DNA from: Chloroflexota bacterium
GTDB taxonomy: Bacteria > Chloroflexota > Limnocylindria > Limnocylindrales > Limnocylindraceae
Reading direction: 5' to 3'
NCBI GenBank assembly: GCA_041180765.1
Contig: JBEGQU010000039.1
Coordinates: 1 to 34,586, forward strand
Length of the DNA stretch: 34,586 nt
The first letter of the stretch is position 1. Each line of letters starts with the position of its first letter. This document shows, piece after piece, positions 30,835 through 34,586 of the stretch. Made by a program: the position numbers and the translations under genes. The notes under the pieces are model-generated. The model searched no databases. It saw only the letters and a program-made list of their open reading frames with translations, and was not told the origin of the DNA.

Positions 30835-31218
30835 GTGGAGGTCCGCCGCTTCGGTCCAGGGCTGCGGCGCGCCGAGCGCGCCGGCGCATCTGTCGGCGTG
30901 TCGAGCAGCCTCCTCCACGCAGGACAGCAGGTGCGCATCACCGAGATCGCGTTGAGCGAGACGGCGCTGTTCGGCCCCCTGCGCAGCCCGGTCGACGCGC
31001 TGCTGATCGTCATCGAGGGCGGCGGCTGGCTTGCCCTCGGCGACGAGCGCCAGCGGGTGGCCTCGGGCGAGGCGGTCGCGCTGCCGGCGAACCTCGAGCG
31101 GCTACTCGCGACCGACGGCGTTGCGCTTCGTGCCCTGCTCGCCGAATTCTCGTCGCCGACGGAGCTCGAGCAGCCCCACGGTGGCGAACGCGACGCCGAC
31201 GAGCAGCCCGCCGACTAG
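30835..31218 (+). CDS. Cupin-fold protein lacking the metal-binding histidines
   Basis: LLIVIEGGGWL..GDERQRVASGEAVALPAN matches cupin motif spacing. GTG start 10 nt after the upstream stop. Confidence 0.6.
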   Translation: MEVRRFGPGLRRAERAGASVGVSSSLLHAGQQVRITEIALSETALFGPLRSPVDALLIVIEGGGWLALGDERQRVASGEAVALPANLERLLATDGVALRALLAEFSSPTELEQPHGGERDADEQPAD

Positions 31219-34200
31219 CAGCGTCGCTCCGCCGAAGAGCGGCGTGTCGATCGGTTTCTCGAGCGTCACCCCGAACTGGAACGGCCAGGTCCAGGTCGGC
31301 AGCAGCCCCTGGTACCAGTTGTGCAGCCCTGTCGGGAGCGGGAGCGCCGACCAGTTGGGGTACCAGGCGACAGCGACGACCGCGATCGCCGCGACGCTCC
31401 ACCGGAGGAGGCGGCGAGCGTCGGTGACGCCGAGGATCGACCATGCGCCGATCGTCGCGGGAACGAGCGCGATGGCGCCGACGATCGGACCGGGGGTGGC
31501 GAATCCGAACGAGCGGCAGACCTGGCTCTCGGCGTAGACGCTGCCCACGCCGGCGACGGCGCATGCGGCGCCGGCGAGCATCCAGAGCGCCGGTACGGCG
31601 ACGATGATCGCCGCGAGCGCGCGTCGCAGCAGGCGGGCGGCGGCGTCGCTCCCGCGCCGTACATCGGCGAGCAGGAGCGCGAGGCCGATCAGCCCCAGCT
31701 GCGACGAGGGGTAGTAGTGGTACTGGAACGCCGCGCGGTCAATGCGCGCCCACGGAAGCCACAGCGCCAGGTAGAGCACGAGCGCGCTCGCCAACCCCCA
31801 GCTGCGCCGTCGCCATGCTTCACGAGCGAGCCAGATCGTCCCGGCGACGCCGATCCAGCGCGAGAGCGCGTTCCCCCCGTCGTAGATCGCGCCGGTCCAC
31901 TGGCCGCCGAGTGCCGGGAAGCTGTCTTGGTAGAACCAGACCGGCTTCAGGTCGAGCGGCCAGGCCCACCACGGCGAACTGGCCGCGTGGGCGACGCGCA
32001 GGGTGTCGTGGTAGCGATACATCGAGGCGGTGAGCTCGGCGAGCGTCTGGCCGGAGTTCCCCGCGGGCCAGCCGTCGACGAGCCGGTTCCCGAGCGCAAC
32101 CCAGGGGAGATAGCTCAGCAGGTAGACGCCGAGCGGCAGCACGACGAGTGCGGCGAACATCGTCGCCCCGACCCCGGGAAGGTAGAGCAGCGCGCCGATG
32201 CGCCGCGGCGCGAGGTCGCGGAGCGACAGGCCGCCGGCGCGCCAGGTCGCGGCGGCGGTGCCGACGATGGCGAGGAGGGCGACGGCGAGGGCGGGGAGGT
32301 TCGGCAGCCGCGCGGCATCGGGGCCGGTGGCGAGCGCCGCGGGGAGGAGCAGGGCGAAGAGGAGGATCAGCCCCACCAGTGCGGCCAACCGGCCGATCGG
32401 CGATCGGACCAGCCAGATCAGGCCAAGCCCCCCGATGGCATAGAGCGCCACCCACTTGCTCGCCAGGGCGAGGCCGAGGAGCAGGCCGGTCGCCGCGAGC
32501 GCCGCCGAGGCGGCGAGGGGCGTGCGGAGGCGCCCCTGGAGCAGCGCGACGAACGAGCAGGCTGCACCGAGGACTCCCGCCAGGAGATAGACATCGTTCA
32601 TCCCGATGCGACTCTGGACGAACCCCGCTCCGTCGAAGAGCGCCAGGAGTGCGACGAGGGCGGCGACGTCGCGTCGATCGGTGAGCAGGCGCGCAAGCAG
32701 GACCAACAGCGCCGCCGCGAGGGCGCCGGCGATGACCCCGGGCCAGCGCCAGGCCGCGGGCAGATCGCCGACGGCGACCTGCGCCACCGAGCCGTCGGCA
32801 TGGGCGACGATCACGGCGCCGTTGCCGCCTCCGGGAAGGTCGGCGCTGGCGTCGATCGCCGCGCCACCCGAACCAGCGCCCGGCGCCGCGCCGCCGATCG
32901 CCGTGTCGTCGAATCGCGCGTTCCCGTTCGGCTCGACGGACCAGAGGGCGAGCGCGCCGCCGAAGCGATCCGGCGCCAAGACATGCACCATGCGCGTCGC
33001 GTCGTTCGGCAGGATGCTCGTCGCGCCGGGGATGCCCACCCGGGCGATCTCGATCAGCGAGCCGCTCCCGCGCGACTCCAACACATAGACGCGAGCGGGG
33101 GTTGCGGCGTACACCCGCGGCTGGTCGAACCAGTCGATCGCCACGAGGTCGACGGCGCCGCCCTCGAGCGGCGTCACGACCGGCGACGCGAGCGACGACG
33201 AGAGCGCGGTCACGCCGCCGGTGCCGGCGACCAGCACGCGCTCGCCGTCAGACGAGGGGACGAGCACGAGGTCCCGGGCGCCGGGAACCGTCGCGCGCTC
33301 GACGATCTCGCCCGAATCCACATGGAGTACCTCGTCTTGGGCGACGAGGAAGGCGGTTCCGTCGGCGGCGGGGGCGATCGCCCGAACGCCTGCCAGGTCG
33401 ATCAGGTGGCGCTCGAGGCCCGAGGCGTCGGTGCTCTCAGCGGCCGCGGCGTCGGCCCGGAAGATCTCGCCGGTGGCGGTAGCGCCCCAGAGGCCGCCGG
33501 ATGGATCGCTCGCGAGCGCGACGATCCCGCGCGCGTCGATGCGACCGATTCGCGTGCGGGTTGCGGCGTCGATCACGTCGACGGCCTCCCCGGTCGCAAC
33601 GTAGATGCGGCCACCGCCAACGGCACCGGCGGGACGCGCGGCCAGCGCCGTGATCGCCGTGCCGTATTGCGTCACCGCCTCGAGTCGCGGCGCGCCGAAG
33701 AGGCGCAACCCCTCGGCGATGGCGTACTTCGCGAGGTGCGGATGGGTGTACTCGTAGATCGCGTGCGGGTCGCCGTAATTCCAATCCTGGAGGAACTCCG
33801 TGGCGGTGCGGACGTGGTAGACCTCGTCGAAGTGGAAGCGCGCCGGCTCTCCGAGCCGCCAGCCGCGCAGGGAGAGTGCGGCGACGGCAACGGCGACGAC
33901 GATCCAGAGGTCGGCCCGGTCGAGTCGCGCGCGTCGTTCCGGCGCCGCGGCGACCGACGGGGGCGCGGCGCGCTGCGGGCGCGTGCGCCGCGCGGCGACG
34001 GAGAGGCGGCGGGCGGGGCGACCCTCGTCCGTATCCGCAGCGTCTCGGCCGAACGTGGCGCGCAGCGCCAAGAACAGCGCGAGCGCCGAGGCGACGGCGC
34101 CTGCCACCACGGCACTTGGTGTGTGCAGCGCCGCCTCGAGCGGTCCGAGGTCGGGGAGGCCGGGGTTCTTCAGGTAGTCGAACGTCAGCACCCCCCAGCC

Positions 34201-34586
34201 GTTTGCCAGGAAGTGGAGCGAGACGATCGCCGCGATGGGGCGCCACCGTGGGAACGCCGCGGCCAGCACGAGCGTGAGGGGAATGGCGGGGTACAGGTAG
34301 CGCTCGTGGACGCGTGTGGGCAAGACGAAGAACGCGATGGCGAAGAAGGCCAGGACCGCCACGGTCGTCGCGGCCCGGTCGCGGCGCAGGCGTGCGAGCC
34401 CGGCACCGAGCGCGCCGAGCAACGCCGCCGTGCCGAGCGCGACCCCGGGTGCGCCGACAAGCGGCAGGGGGTCGAGGTCGGACGCCCAGCCCGTTCCAGA
34501 GACGATGCTCCGACCGCCGACTTCGATCAGGGCCCAGGGGTTCCAGGCGTTCACGGAGAGATAGGCGTACCCCCCTGCGGCATCGA
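31102..34586 (-). CDS. Large multi-pass GT-C glycosyltransferase fusion (lipid-linked mannosyltransferase-like N-part + PMT/GT39-like domain with a large insertion); 5' end outside window
   Basis: YLSVNAWNPW and FFVLPTRVHERYLYP; FHFDEVYH..YEYTHPHLAK; FVQSRIGMND, ASKW; H..SSPWWAWPLDLKPVWFY and R..FQYHYYP (PMT C-terminal 4TM). Confidence 0.85.
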   Translation of the reverse strand, partial: DAAGGYAYLSVNAWNPWALIEVGGRSIVSGTGWASDLDPLPLVGAPGVALGTAALLGALGAGLARLRRDRAATTVAVLAFFAIAFFVLPTRVHERYLYPAIPLTLVLAAAFPRWRPIAAIVSLHFLANGWGVLTFDYLKNPGLPDLGPLEAALHTPSAVVAGAVASALALFLALRATFGRDAADTDEGRPARRLSVAARRTRPQRAAPPSVAAAPERRARLDRADLWIVVAVAVAALSLRGWRLGEPARFHFDEVYHVRTATEFLQDWNYGDPHAIYEYTHPHLAKYAIAEGLRLFGAPRLEAVTQYGTAITALAARPAGAVGGGRIYVATGEAVDVIDAATRTRIGRIDARGIVALASDPSGGLWGATATGEIFRADAAAAESTDASGLERHLIDLAGVRAIAPAADGTAFLVAQDEVLHVDSGEIVERATVPGARDLVLVPSSDGERVLVAGTGGVTALSSSLASPVVTPLEGGAVDLVAIDWFDQPRVYAATPARVYVLESRGSGSLIEIARVGIPGATSILPNDATRMVHVLAPDRFGGALALWSVEPNGNARFDDTAIGGAAPGAGSGGAAIDASADLPGGGNGAVIVAHADGSVAQVAVGDLPAAWRWPGVIAGALAAALLVLLARLLTDRRDVAALVALLALFDGAGFVQSRIGMNDVYLLAGVLGAACSFVALLQGRLRTPLAASAALAATGLLLGLALASKWVALYAIGGLGLIWLVRSPIGRLAALVGLILLFALLLPAALATGPDAARLPNLPALAVALLAIVGTAAATWRAGGLSLRDLAPRRIGALLYLPGVGATMFAALVVLPLGVYLLSYLPWVALGNRLVDGWPAGNSGQTLAELTASMYRYHDTLRVAHAASSPWWAWPLDLKPVWFYQDSFPALGGQWTGAIYDGGNALSRWIGVAGTIWLAREAWRRRSWGLASALVLYLALWLPWARIDRAAFQYHYYPSSQLGLIGLALLLADVRRGSDAAARLLRRALAAIIVAVPALWMLAGAACAVAGVGSVYAESQVCRSFGFATPGPIVGAIALVPATIGAWSILGVTDARRLLRWSVAAIAVVAVAWYPNWSALPLPTGLHNWYQGLLPTWTWPFQFGVTLEKPIDTPLFGGATLLVGGLLVGVAFATVGLLELRRRREFGEQGTKRNAVGRE

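Overview
High-GC, gene-dense bacterial chromosomal window with no mobile elements, RNA genes or CRISPR arrays seen. Gene content and style suggest a Chloroflexota- or Actinomycetota-like monoderm (inference only). From left to right: (1) a lon-clpB-NUDIX proteostasis unit; (2) an ArsR-led phosphatidylinositol/PIM-like glycolipid cluster (arsR, pgsA, ino1, two acyltransferases, a PHP phosphoesterase, a PimA-like GT4); (3) a complex I (nuo) operon preceded by a MidA/NDUFAF7 methyltransferase; (4) folK, a divergent purH, two small genes, and a large 5'-truncated double GT-C glycosyltransferase. The standout is the complex I. nuoI appears split in two by an inserted NuoE/NuoF/GltD-type (Stn/Nfn-like) module. 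The N-half of NuoI is fused to a degenerate NuoE. The C-half of NuoI forms the tail of an 855-aa [2Fe-2S]-GltD(FAD/NADPH)-polyferredoxin protein that replaces NuoG. NuoE and NuoF have lost Fe-S and NADH-site residues, which points to a candidate NADP(H)-linked proton-pumping complex I.
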